From the human T2T-CHM13v2.0 reference genome, Homo sapiens, in assembly GCF_009914755.1 (NCBI RefSeq), contig NC_060935.1: 64,000 nucleotides of DNA, one strand, 5' to 3'. The position numbers were made by a program, and so were the translations under genes. Positions 32,125 through 46,120 of the stretch are shown here, piece after piece. The stretch's first letter is position 1, and the number at the start of each line of letters is the position of its first letter. The notes under the pieces were generated by a model that saw nothing but the letters and a program-made list of their open reading frames with translations, had not been told where the DNA came from and did not search any database.

Positions 32125-32469
32125 GGAGGATTAGTTTGATGAGGTAAGTAAGCATCAGATCTTGAAAGTCCTCTATGCTGAAGTGTTTGAATGCTATCTT
32201 GTGAACTATGTAAATCAATTTAAGCGTTTTCAGCATGAAAAAACAATCAGATATGTATTTTGGAAAAATTACTTTGGCAGTTGTATGGCAAATGGGCCAT
32301 AAGGGGACACAGGCTATAAGACAGAGACCAGAGACTTCTGTAAATGAGCAGTTAAGAGATATGAGACCAAAACTCAGTGCAAGGAAACCCTCTTCTTAAT
32401 CTTCAGAAATTGAAGTCCCTATCAAAATAGGACAGCAGAGCAGACATGCTACCAGCTCAGAGGAAAATC

Positions 32470-32950
32470 ACTGCTGTTCTGGACCACATCTACTCCCGTC
32501 TACCTGCAGGCCAGCAGGACTTGAGCTGCAAAGGTGGCTGCTTGCCAAGATGAGTTTATTTGAAGCTATGGCTCTGCAGCCTGAGTCATTAGTCCTCCCT
32601 CCCATATCTGATCCTTTCTATTCACTTAAGCTTTCCTTCCAGGCCCCAAGATAGACCACTGGGAACCTCAGTAGACTGTGCTCCCTGAACAACAGAGTGC
32701 CTCATTAGCTACTTTTTAATGAGGTCACAGCCTGTGACTGCTCATTAACAGACTGGCTAGTCAGCATCCCCAGGGGTAGGGGAGACTGAAGACAGAAGTC
32801 AGTGATTACAGAGCCTAAGTGTAGCTGTGTTAGAGGGAGAAGGAACTTAGCAGAGACTCTGAGGCTTTTACTCTGAGGTCTCCAGGGTCACTTCCAGCTC
32901 TCAGAGACTATGATTCTGGAGAACATATTGAGGGACCAGGGCCTTTTTGG
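32470..32950. promoter_or_regulatory. Candidate OR enhancer, module A copy 2 (P-element-like), between OR10A5 and OR10A2
   Basis: TCATTAG 32586-32592, CTCATTAG 32701-32708, ACTTTTTAATGAG 32711-32723, CTCATTAA 32741-32748, O/E site TCCCCAGGGG 32767-32776. Confidence 0.72.
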
Positions 32951-35399
32951 GAGGAAGTGACAACAGAGTCAAGTGATCCCAGGCTTGTAACAGCTGTTGG
33001 TCTAGAGAGATTGTTTAGGAAGTCAAATGCTCTTCAAGTTCTCTTGGATGCTTACGGAAACGGAATATTGCTTTTGCAACCTTTTGTCATCTTGCCTTCC
33101 ATAACCATGGATTTTCTTGCTATTCCCTGTACATGATTAAGTGCAGATTGTTTGGATTATTTTCCAAGTATTTTTAAACTGATCCTGGGAGTTAATTTAT
33201 TGGCCCTCTTCTATACTCCCTGTTTACTGTCTCCTAGACATCCCGTTCATTCACAGGATTCCAACCTATCACTCCTCTGGAGATGAAACTTGGGCATCGA
33301 CTTATATCTCCCACTAGGATTAGTGCTACAGCCTCCTAATTGTATTCCCTGCCTCCAGTCATGCTGCAGATTTACACATATACCTCATTCCCATTCAGCC
33401 CTTAGTCTCCCCAGAGTTCTTTCTAAACACACGTGGCAATCTGTCTTAATCATGTTTAAATTCCTTATGAATCACCCTCATAATCAGAATGAAACCATCG
33501 TACTTAGCATGTCATACAAACCTTATATTCCAGTTCTAGTTTCTCTTTCAAATTTCAGTTCTTACCATACTCCCATCCATACATTTGAATGGGGTATGAT
33601 GAAAATAGTGCATCATACTGAACTATTTTCTTTTCCCTTATACCATGCATTTTTAATTTCTCTAAATGTGCTTTTTTGTTTCTCTCAAAAATTTGGAGTC
33701 TAAAAAGCCTTAGTTCAAATTGTGTGTCTGCTACTTACCAGATATGAAAATCACTCTGTTTCTCTCCTATTTCCTCTTCTGTGAATTGAGTGATAATATC
33801 TTGTGGATTTAATGCAAAGATGAAATGAGAATAATGAAACCTACTGTGAAGATATTAAGAGGCCAGCCATTCTGTGACAGCAGAGGTAACAGGTGGGCTA
33901 ATCAAATGATATTAGCCAACAACTAACACCTGTGGAACTTTATGACTTTTATCTATTCTTTGTTATTTTTTACATTTAAAGTAATATATCAGTTATGTAA
34001 AATTCCCAATAGGTATTTGCTATTATTCATAACACGAGTAAATTATTAGGTTCCCTCCTTTTCCCAGTGAACAGAGTAAAGAGAGGAAGTAATATGTTAA
34101 ATATGAGCTACATGTTTGTCAATAAAGTGTTATTTACTCCTCACAGGTATTAACAAGAAGTATATAATATGGCCAAGTAACAAGTAATGGGTGTCAAAGT
34201 TTGGGTTTGAATCTAAGTCTATCTGATTCCAAAATATCATGTTTAAGATAACATATTTAATCTCTAAAATATAAAGAAAGAATCTAAGAGTCTAGAAAGA
34301 TATTTGGAAGTAAAGGAATGTAATATGGACAGCCAAGAGGCTTCAGGAGGGTTATAAGAGAGAGGAAAAAAACCTTTGAGGCCAATAGACATAAATGGAT
34401 GACATATCACCATATTGTAACCTATTTCTTTGGGGTAATTGAAAGAAATGAATAGTTATTTTTTATTCTCTAATGCAAGCTCTTTATTCTCTAAATCAAG
34501 CTACTTGGAAAAGAGTACGTCTTCAACAGAAGGTAGACATTATTATTAAATCTTTATATCTTTACTCAATTCCTCTGCCTGCTATTCTTGCCTATCACCC
34601 CATACTCACCATACCAAGTTAATCCCTACATATTATTTAAGATTCAACTCTAGTGTTTTCTCTCCTATGAATCTCTCCCTGATTCCTCTAGGCAAGTCTG
34701 AGTTTGCTCTCCTTTGTACACATGTGATATCTTGTATATATAATTGTTAAGCATTGAAGACATTGAAATTGTCTCTTCATAAGCATAGAGGATACAGTAA
34801 GAGCAGTTCATCATTCTTGTTTGTATTTCTGACACCTAGTCCAGTGCCTGGCATATAGTAAGTACTCAGTAAATGACTGAAGAAATGCATAGTCCCCAAG
34901 TTGTTTCTCTAGCCTTGGCCTGTTCCATTCTCACTGAAAAGTGAAAATTGTCTCTGAGACATTTCTGCCTAGGTGTCAAGGCACATGTCAGACAACAACA
35001 AGCTCTCAGACAAAATTTTCTCCCATTCTCTAAATCATGAAAGAAAAATGTCTTATTACATATTTATTGCTTTTACCCCACTTTTCATTGACATATTCTT
35101 TCATTTAATCAGTGAATATTCATACTGAATCCTGAAGGTACAACAATGAACAAGGTGCATCCCTCTAAGAGCTCCTGGCTCCTTAAGTGAGAAAACGTAA
35201 ATACACAGATACAGACAAAAAGACAGTGCCATGGAAAAGGCTTTACTGTATTATAATTTTGCATTGATAAGTGCTATCAAAGAAGTGTTCGATCAGTCTC
35301 CTAATCCTATTAATTCCTCCTTGGCAACATCTTCTTACTCAAACCTTGGTTAAATACCCATTTTCACTGCCACTGTCATGAGTCTAGCCAGTGGATCTT

Positions 35400-36698
35400 C
35401 TCAGAGAAACTTCTGCCTGGGCATCCAGGCATTTCCATACATCTTCTGAAATCTAGGCAGAGGTTCCCAAACCTCAATTCTTGGTTTCTGTGCGCTCGCA
35501 GGCTCAACACCACGTGGAAGCTGCCAAGGCTTAGAGCCTGCACCCTCTGAAACCACGACCCAAGCTCTAGGTTGGCCCCTTTCAGCCATGGCTGGAGTGG
35601 CTAGGATGCAGGGCACCAAGTTCCTAGGCTGCACACAGCATGGGGACCCTGGATCCAGCCCATGAAAACATTTTCTTCTAGGCCTGTGATGGGAGGGGTT
35701 GCCATGAAGCCCTCTTACATGCCCTGGAGACATTTTCCCCATTGTCTTCTGGATTAACATTCGGCTCCTCGTTACTTATGCAAATTTCTGCAGCCAGCTT
35801 GAATTTCTCCTCAGAAAATGGGTTTTTCTTTTCTATCACATTGTCAGGCTGCAAATTTTCTGAACTTTGCAGTTCCAATTTTCTAAACTTTGCAAGGATG
35901 CTCTGCTTCCCTTATAAAACTGAATGCTTTTAACAGCACCCAAGTCACATCTTGAATGCTTTGCTGCTTGGAAATTTCTTCCGCCAGATACCCTAAATCA
36001 TCTCTCTCAAGTTCAAAGTTCCACAAATCTCTAGGCCAGGGGCAAAATGCCACCAGTCTCTTTGCTAAAACATAACAAGAGTCACTTTTGCTCCAGTTCC
36101 CAACAAGTTCCTCATCTCCATCTGAGACCACCTCAGCCTGGACTTTATTGTTCATATCACTATCAGCATTTTTGTCAAGGTCATTCAACAAGTCTCTAGG
36201 AAGTTCCAAAGTTTCCCACATTTTCCTGCCTTCTTCCGATCCCTCCAAACTGTTTCAACCTCTGCCTGTTACCCAGTTCGAAGTCACTTCCATATTTTCA
36301 GGTATTTTTCAGCAATGCTGAGCTATACTGGTGCAAATTTACTGTATTAGTTCATGTTCACACCGCTGATAAAGACATTCCTGAGACTGGGCAATATACA
36401 AAAGAAAGAGGTTTAATTGGACTTACAATTCCACATGGCTGGAGAAGCCTCACAATCAGGCAGAAGGCAAGGAAGAGCAAGTCACGTCTTACGTGGATAG
36501 CAGCAGGCAAAGAGAGAGAGCTTGTGCAGGGGAATTCCTCTTTTTAAAACCATCGGATCTCATGAGAGTAATTCGCTATCACAAGAACAGCATGGGAAAG
36601 AACTTGCCCCCATGATTCAATTACCTCCTACTGGGTTCCTCCCACAACATGTGGGAATTCAAGATGAGATTTGGGCAGGACACAGCCAAACCATATCA
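35400..36698 (-). mobile_element. THE1 MaLR: 5' LTR (36343-36698) and truncated internal region
   Basis: TGTATTAGT...CCAAACCATATCA LTR; adjacent internal sequence stops near 35400. Confidence 0.88.
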
Positions 36699-37350
36699 GT
36701 TACTCTTTTCTCCCCTTTTCATACTGTACTCTTTGTAAAGAGGTCACCATGATAAGCCCACACTCAAAAGGTAGGGAGTAATGTTCCACCTCCTTATGGG
36801 CAAAGTAACTACATAAATTATGTTGAATTCTTCCAGACAGACTTGTTGACTCTTCCTCATTTATTTCTTTACTTAATCATTTATTTACATCATATATACT
36901 CATAAACATTTATTTTATATGTTGGCTTATAAACCAATACTACCTTATTTGTTGCTCAAATATTCCGGCTTTGGCTACTGGGAGCTCTTCATTTGGTTTC
37001 TGTGTTCCTTTGACAAACCCAATAATGTGGGGTTTTTTTTTTTTCATCACTTTCTTACTTTCTGCATTACAAGAGTCTCCAGGATCATCTTGCATATTTC
37101 CTAACTCAGTCCTAGAATCAGCCATTTCTCCAGGGAACATGAGTTCCTTCTAATGGAAGACTGTATTAGAAAGAAATATTTGGGTGTTAGGTGTCCATAT
37201 TAAGTTTTTACATAAATATTAATGCATATCCCCAGTTACATTGTATTCCATTGTAATCTACGGAAAATCTGCAAGTTTTGAATCAGTCTCCTATTAATGA
37301 AATCAAGATTTTTTTTTTACATTATTTTGCAAGTAAAATGTGCTGCATTA

Positions 37351-38294
37351 GCAAAAGTATGAACAGAGTAAACAGACATCCTATAGAATGGAAGAAAATA
37401 TTTGGAAATTAGGCATCTGATAAAGGTCTAATATCCGGCATCTATAAGGAATGTAAACAAATTTATGAGTAAAAACCAAAGAACTCCATTAAAAAGTGGG
37501 CAAAGAATATGAACAGACACTTTTCAAGAGAAGACATATATGCAGCCCAAAAGCACATGAGAAAAAAGCTCAATATCATTAGAGAAATGCAAATCAAAAC
37601 CACAATGAGATATCATCTTACACCAGTCAGAATGGCCATTATTAAAAAGTCAAAAATTAACAGATGCTGGCAAGGTTATGGAGAAAAGGGCATGCTTATA
37701 CGCTGTTAACAGGAGCGTAAATCAGTTCAACTATTGTGGAAAGCAGAGTGACAATTCCTCAAAGAGCTAAAAACAGAACTACCATTTGACCTAGTAATCC
37801 CATTACTGGTTATATACCCAAAGGAGTACAAATCAGTCTACCACAAAGACACATGCATAAGTATGTTCATTACAACACTATTCACAATAGTAAAGACATT
37901 GCATCAACTTAAATGCCCATCACTGGCAGATTGGATAAAGAAAATGTGTTACATATATACCATGGAATATTATGCAGTCATAAAAAAAGAACAAGATCAT
38001 GTCCTTTGCAAGAAAATGGATGGAGCTGGAGACCATTATCCTTAGAAAACTAATGCAGGAACAGAAAACCATATACCATATATTCTCATTTACAAGTGGG
38101 ACCCAAATGATGAGAACATATGGATACAAAGACAGGAACAACAGACACACTGGGGCCTACTTGAGAGTGGAAGGTGGAAGGAGGGAGAGAATCAGGAAAA
38201 AATAACTAATGAATACTAAGCTTAGTACTTGGGTGACAAAATAATCTGTACGGAAACCTCCCATGACATATACCCTTGAATTTAAAAGTTTTTT
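37351..38294 (+). mobile_element. L1 3' fragment (older L1PA/L1PB-like)
   Basis: ORF2 C-terminal remnants [26 protein letters not shown], plus 3'UTR. Confidence 0.9.
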
Positions 38295-38326
38295 AAACAA
38301 TGGTGCTACATTTAAAAAATAATATC

Positions 38327-38650
<324 letters not shown>

Positions 38651-39369
38651 CTAGCTTTTAAAAGCATGGATCAATTTAATATCATTTTATCTCTATCTTG
38701 TATTGTTCACTAGCTATTTCAAAATTAGGTAGCCTCAATTCATCTGAACACCCAAGAGACTGGGGATGATGTCTCCTACATTTTCCTTAACAATGACCAG
38801 AATAGAACCAAATAACAACAGCAAAAATTCTTACGCCAAAGTCTACATGTCTGCGTCCCACTTTCCGTGCAGTTTCCTATTTCTTCCTTCTGGATTCAAT
38901 AACAGCTATATTAGTCATATGTTCTTAGTTGTTATCTTATAATTTATCTAATTGTAGTTCACATTTCCCCATTAAAATGTAAGCTTTATGAATACAGGAA
39001 CCAAACCTGTTTTTGTTTTACTTCCATAACCTAATGCTTAGGAGAGTATTTGACATTTAGTAGATACTTAATGAACAATTATTCAGCGTGCAATAGGTTT
39101 AACTAATATAAGCCATTTAATTTCATCATAACACTAACTCTGTAAAATAAGAACATTTGTTGTCTTTAAGAAATGTGGAAATCAAAGCTCAGCGAGTTTA
39201 ACAAAATTGCTAAGCATTATGAGCCAGAGTTCCAGTGCTGAGATTAAATTTAGGTTGCTCTGACTTCAAATTCTTATAGTGCTTCTCTACACAATGCTGC
39301 TTCCCCTAGCCTGGAGTTTGGTTTTTCTTTCTTGAATTTTATCCTGTTGGCATCTGAAATTCATTATAT

Positions 39370-39970
39370 TCTCAAAGGATGGTAGATTCAAACAAGACCA
39401 GGTCCCCTGAGGAAAGGAAGGAAAAGCCTATAAACAGCTGGGAAAAAATACAGGTCTCATCCCTTCGACTAGCCCCAAGAACAAAAGAGGCACAGGTGGG
39501 AACAACTCTCCCAAAACCAGGACTGGGAGCATGGCCAAACTTCATAGTGAGCTTACTTGCCTCTGACACACAAGGCAGCAGTGAGCTGGCTACAGCTCCA
39601 GCCATTAATAGCTCAGCCAGGACAGGGAATAAGACTTCCCTGGTTCTTCTTTTGGCTTTGCTGAAACAGAAATAGAGCTGTTATATTACATGCATGAAGG
39701 ACATGCATGAAGCATGGATGTCAGCCAGAGTTGAACAAGGCAGATGTTCCTGTTGGACACAGGTAAGCCTTTTTTTTTTTTTTTTTTTTTTTTTTCCACC
39801 AAGGACTGAATCTACCAGAGGCCACTCTCCAAGTTCAGTTACTCAGCTGCACAAAATATGATCAGAGTTTGGATACCTAATTCTATTCTTATGTTCACAC
39901 TGGGAGATCTCATCAGTTCCTCTCTCCTTGGGCATCAGTTTACTCTATGTCATAAGAAAAGTGAGATCTG
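39370..39970 (+). promoter_or_regulatory. Candidate OR10A2 promoter / 5' non-coding exon, module B copy 2
   Basis: O/E-like TCCCCTGAGGA 39403-39413, homeodomain CCATTAATAG 39602-39611, donor CAG|GTAAGC (39763). Confidence 0.6.
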
Positions 39971-40271
39971 GGCTCACAAAAAGACTGATATTACCCAGGC
40001 TTTTTCCAATTCTGTCCTCTAAAGTTTTCTGAGTCAGGAAGCTTCCAGGCCCTACAACCTTCACAGGACATATACCCCCTTCAGGTCTTGATTTTCGTCT
40101 AAGTAACACAAAAAAGACTTGCCTCAGTGGAACATTTATGAGATGGAGAACATCAGGGCAAACTACTACTTTACAACAATTCTACAGTCAGAGAAGGCCT
40201 AGAAGAGTGGGTTCCAGGTCCTGGGACAGTCAGGTGATTAGCAAAGGGATGTTCCTAGGGAAGTTCTAGAG

Positions 40272-40489
40272 CAAGTTTGTCCAACCTGTGGCCCATGGGC
40301 CACATGCGGCCCAAGATGGCTTTGAATGTGGCCCAACATAAATTCATAAACTTTGTTAAAACATTATAAGATTTTTTTCCTTTCTTTTTTGCTTATAAGC
40401 TATCATTAGTGTTAGTGCATTTTATGCGTGACCAAGAAATTTTTCTACTTCCAATGTGGCCAGGGAAGCCAAAAGATTGGACACCCCTG
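40272..40489 (-). mobile_element. MER30 (hAT-Charlie MITE)
   Basis: CAAGTTTGTCCAA...TTGGACACCCCTG TIRs; 8-bp TSD TTCTAGAG; empty site at 10646-10653. Confidence 0.92.
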
Positions 40490-41304
40490 TTCTAGAGGAA
40501 CTGGCAAGAACGCTGTGGGCTGGCCATGAGCTGCCACCTTCTGCAATGCCTCTCCCACACTGGAGACGGGGCACTAGCTTTTCTTCCCCAGTAGTTTTCA
40601 GAAGTTCTGTGGAAATCCCAGCAAGTGTTTCTGCCCCTCCTTCTCCCCAGTCTTCTCCGCCAGCACCACATACAACACATCTGTCATGAGGCTTCTAGTT
40701 AAAGTGCGGTTCTAACAAAAAAAAAAAGAACAGTCATTGAGAAAAAAAAATTCTAATAGTGAATAAAAACTCCAAGAAGAATGAACTTTGTAGAACTCAT
40801 GTAATCCTTTATACAATCAGCTGTCCAAAAACATGTATGAATAGCTTACTTGGTAAAAACACTGGGCTTCTTCTTATAAAGATGACTAAGACAGTTTATA
40901 CTATGGAGAAGTTTAAAGAGTGAGATATATATTGGTAGTAGAAATATCTGAATAATTAAAAACATTTTTAAAGGATAGAGGAAAATAGAGAAGATGACTA
41001 ATCCTATCTGGAAGTATCACATGACAGACAGAGCTGAGTTTTGAGGATCTGAAGGAGTCAGCCAGACAGAGGAGGGGATGTGCAGGCAGAAATGATGTCA
41101 CATGAAAAGGCAGAGGCAAGCAAAAAGAACTCTGTTCAGTAAATAGTAAGAAGCTCAGCAGTGAAGCAGAAGAAGGAGAGATGGATGTGGGAGACCAAAG
41201 ATGACATTTCGGGTGTAGCTTAAGTTCATTTCATATGGCTTGTTGAAAACCCCAATTTTGTAATTATAAATTTTTCTGTTTTAAGTTCAGGCTCTGCCAT
41301 TTAT

Positions 41305-41600
41305 TTTCCATATAATTACAAAATTTCTTATATATATAAATATATATTTATATTCATAAATATGTATTCTCATATATAAATATATATATTGTAAGATGAA
41401 CATATATGTATATATAAATATACATATATACATAAATGAACATTTATGTTCATCTTACAATGAATATATATTTCTATATATGATAATATATATGAATAAA
41501 AATATATATTTATATATTTATATATTTTCATATAATTACAAAATTTCTTATATATAAATATATATTTATATATACTTATCTAGATATATATTTATATATT
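41305..41600. repeat. AT-rich low-complexity tract with internal direct and inverted repeats
   Basis: (TA)-rich; CATATAATTACAAAATTTCTTATATAT occurs twice; 17-bp inverted repeat. Confidence 0.85.
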
Positions 41601-42299
41601 TAGAAAATTTGGAAATCCAGAAAAATAAAAATAATAAATCCCCTCCTTTTACCACTTGAAATAGGTCACTTTTACATTTTGCATATAGCCTTTCAGTCTT
41701 TTTATATAGCATATATTTTTAAAATTGTAAATGTATCACATGTGTGCAGGCTGTGTTATTTTTCATTTAATATTATATGGTGATTATTATATGACAGCAT
41801 TAAATGTTCTTCAAAAATGACTTTAAAGATTACAGGTTATTTCCTTAAATACATGCTTCATAATTGAGCCATTCATTCTGTTAATTATAATTTTCAATTT
41901 ATAACTATAATAGTCAGCACTGAACAAACAATTGGCTATGCTTACTAAATATTCACACTGATTCAATAATTCTGACCCACAAATATACAAAGATTTCATT
42001 GAAATATGACTGGGAAATTTCTATTTTTCAGAGACAATTTTTAAATAAATTAAGAAGATAATTGTCTTTTATTATTTTAAAAAATGTGTTCAAAGCTTAT
42101 TGCAACTCTATATTTAGCAGATTTAAAAAAATCATTAGCAATTCTTTTTATCAGTTTTTTATGTGAGTAAATATGGAGTTTTACAGGGGACATAATCATT
42201 TCTGTCAACAAAATCATGTAATGATGAAAGTATTTGCAAACATCCAAATGACCCTCCATAGCAGAGGATTCCATTGCTAGGAAAATCTCCCACCTTGGT

Positions 42300-43070
42300 C
42301 TTTTATATCCAGACCTGCTTCCCTCTTGTCCCCACCCTCTCGTTAGTCACTGGCAATCACTAATCTCTTTTCCATTCCTATAATTTTGTCATTACAGAAA
42401 TGTTATGTAAGTGGAATAATAAAATATGTGTCTGTTTTATTCACTCAGAATTATCTGTAAATTCATTCATGTTATTGCATGTATCAATAGTTCATCCTCT
42501 CTATTGCTGAGTTTACTAAGGTATAAATGCATCATAATTTGTTTCATCATCTGGGTTTTTAACAATTTGAGGCTATTATGAATACAGTACTGAGGAATAT
42601 TCATGTTTTTATATGAACATAGTCTTCATTTCTCAGGGATAAATACCCAAAGGTACAATTACTGGTTGTACCACAGTTACATGCTTAGTTTTTTTAAAGA
42701 ACTGTCAAACTGTTTTCTGCAGTGGCTATACCAAGCTTGTCCAACCCTGCGGGCTGCATGCAGACCAGGACGGCTTTGCATGTGGCCCAACACAAATTTG
42801 TAAACTTTCTTAAACCTTTATGAGATTTCTTTTTTTTTAATTTTAGCTTATCAGCCAATTCTTCTTCCAATGTGGCCCAGGGAAGCCAAAAGATTGAACA
42901 TCTCTGATACTATTTACATTTTCATGAGCAATGTATGAATGATCCAATTCATCAAATCCTCACCAGCATTTGGTGTTGTCACTTTTTTTTTAACCCATTC
43001 TTATATGTGTGTAGTGACATATCATTGGGGTCTTTATAAGCATATATGCATTTCCCTAATGGTGAATACT
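42300..43070 (-). mobile_element. Old L1M 3' fragment with nested MER30 (about 42732-42906)
   Basis: Antisense L1M motifs interrupted by CAAGCTTGTCCAACC...AAGATTGAACA. Confidence 0.75.
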
Positions 43071-43619
43071 TTATTTTTTTGTTTGGTTGTGGTTTATAGG
43101 GGGTATTTTTGTTTTGTTTTATTTTGTTTTAATCATTTTCCAGTTTGGTTACTTATCAGAACTTTTCTCTATTTTCAGAATTAAAAAAAAATCTTTCATT
43201 AAAATAAAAACATGTTTGTGTGAATATATTAAAATTTTCTTTCATACTTAGGGATTCTTTTGGTTCAAAAAGTCATCTCTTCCATTAGATCAGAGACATT
43301 TATTCTTCCTCTGGTACTTCTTTGGATATTATTTCTACCCCTCTCCATTCTTTCTGTCATTCTGGAATACCTGTTATAGTGATTTTATTTCTTGTATTTT
43401 ACTTCATTATTCCTCTTATAATTGTTATGTTTTCATAATTTTTCCCAGTAACTTGGGTGTAATTTTTCAAATTTGTATTCTAATTGACTCAGTTTTCTTA
43501 AGTTTCTGGCATTTTGCTCCACAAGGTTTAACTTCAATAATCATGGCTTTGTTTTGTCCCCCAGGTGGTCTTTTCTGGCCCCACACTGTCATTTTCATGA
43601 GTACTTATTCAATATTCTA

Positions 43620-43921
43620 TATTATTATTATTATTATTAAGACAGAGTCTCCTTCTGTCACCCAGGCTAGAATGCAGCGGTGCAGTCTTGGCTCACTGCA
43701 ACCTCTGCCTCCCGAGTTCATGCAATTCTCGTGCCTCAGCCTCCCAAGTAGCTGAGATTACAGCCATGTGCCACCACGGCCAGCTAATTTTTGTATTTTT
43801 AGTAGAGAGGGGGTTTCAGCATGTTGGCCAGGCTGTTTTCAAACTCCTGGCCTCAAGTGATCCTCCTGCCTTGGCCTCCCAAAGTGCTGGGATTACAGGC
43901 ATGAGCCACCGTGCCTGGCCT
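43620..43921 (-). mobile_element. AluS-like with (ATT)n tail
   Basis: Antisense Alu; TSD TATTCAATATT. Confidence 0.9.
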
Positions 43922-44157
43922 CGATATTCAATATTTTATAGGGCTTTGTTGAGAGTAAGTAATAAAGACAATTTAATGTCTTTCAACTTCCTTTCAGACT
44001 CTTGTTTTTGAAAAGGGAAACAATTGATTTGATATCTTGGATTTCATCTCATTAACCTAAAGTGTTTTGTCTTCATATCTCCCATAACCTTTTCTGTTTA
44101 CTTATGGGCTGGCTTGCCTTGGAATGACAGTAAGAGAGTTTCTATTTTTTACTTTAC

Positions 44158-44458
44158 TTTTTTTTTCTTTTTTGTTGAGACTGAGTCTCACTCTGTCACC
44201 CAGGCTGGAGTGCAGTGGCACAATCACAGCTCAATGTAGCCTCAACCTCCCGAGCTCTGGTGATCCTCCCATCTCAGCCTCCTGAGTAGCTAGGACAACA
44301 GGCATATGCCACCACAACTGGATATTTTCTCCATTTTTTGTAGAGATGGGGTTTCGCCACCTTGCTGAGGCTGGTCTCAAACTCCTAGGCTCAAGTGATC
44401 CACCTGCCTCAGGCTCCCAAAGTCCTGGGATTACAGGCGTCAGCCACCACGCCTGGCC
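44158..44458 (-). mobile_element. AluJ-like
   Basis: Antisense Alu with J-type CAATCACAGCTCA. Confidence 0.9.
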
Positions 44459-46120
44459 TACAGTGAAAGAGTTTCTAGTTGAGATGATCTGTCTTTTCAT
44501 CATTGGTTCTTTTATTATTTTTTAAACTTACATTTGTTTTTCTGAAACTGAGCTAAAAACTGTAGACATTGCTTCATTTAATGTTTAGCATTTCTGAGAA
44601 ATCTTAGATCAGTTTGATTATAATTCTTTTATAAGAATGGTGTTTTTTCCTTCATAGATTCTCTGGAATTTTAAACATAACCTTGAAGTTCAAATTATTC
44701 ACCAAGACCTGACTAATATTTAGCCTCTTTTAAATAAGTTGTCTGCTGCTTGAAAATGGATTGTGCGTAAAGACGGAGGGTAATTATAGATATACCACCT
44801 AGTCTTCTTGATCCGAGGCCTACAGATTTTGATCCCTTCTCTATCCCATTCTATCAACAATGTCAGAGTGATCCTTCTAAGTAGCATTATGACAATGTCA
44901 CTCTGCAGCTTCAAATATTCAGGTGAATCTCCTCATCTATAAAATAAAGTCCAAAATTCTCAGCATGTAATATAAGTCTATTAATGTAATATATCCAAAA
45001 CACTGACCATATCTTTGTTTATCTTTTACTTTGTGTCAGCTCTGGTTTTTACTGTTCCTAATAAAGTTTTTAATTTTTATTATTAATTTTTTTAACCACA
45101 GTTTGCTAACCACATTCATTTCTTTTTTTATTTATCCCAGCCTCTCAATTTCATTTTCCAGCTTAATATCACCATTTCTCCACTAGACTTCAATATTCTA
45201 GATTATGAATACAATAAGAAGAGCCTCTAGATAACCAACTGCAAATTAGAAACCAGTAATACAAAATTGGGATTCAGTTGTGTCTAGGAAATCTCCTAAA
45301 CATCTTAATGCTGATGATGTTGGTTCTCGTGCTTATCTTTGTCTGTCTTCACTGTGATTTTGCAGAAATGCCAATTCTAATTCTCCTACAAATTAATAAG
45401 TTAGTCATCAGATAAGGCATGACAGTCCAACAAAGCATGATTTAGTAAAAATCTGAAGGGTTTTGTAATCCAATAGATGTGGTTTGGATTCAAGATCTTC
45501 CATGTGATTTGTGTTTCTTAAATTATCTGGGATCAGTTTCCTCATGTATAAACCAGAGATATAAAAGAACAAAAACATGCATATGTAAATGGTCCTCAAT
45601 ACATGCTAACCTTTCACCCTCCTCTCAAATTCTAGCCAGTCAAGAAAGGTTCATGAAGAGTAGAAAACATATTATATGCATTCTTCATGATAGTTATAAA
45701 TATATTTCTAAAGTTTTGATAAATTTAAATGTATGTGTTCTTTTACGAGATTATAAACACTTGGTGTGTTTCATAAGTTTAAGTGTTTTCAGAAACATCA
45801 CTTTCTCCCAAAATGTATCCTTTGATGGACCCTTCAGAAACTTGTGATTCTGACTTTGCATGCCCTTTCTGAATAACTTAAGGTGTGAACAGAAATATCA
45901 GCTCCTCTAGAAGCTGATTCAGGCCCATCTCAGAGATTAGGCTCTGGCTACTATTTATTGTGTTTTATTCTTAGACAACCCAAGGCACTTCCTCTGCCTG
46001 AGGTGCTGACCTTGCCTCTTTCCCTGACAGTAAGAACGAGTCTGAAAAACAAATTGAGAATCTGACTTCCAATCAATAATCTTTCTCCATGACCACAGTT
46101 GGGGACTTCTGCCCATACTT

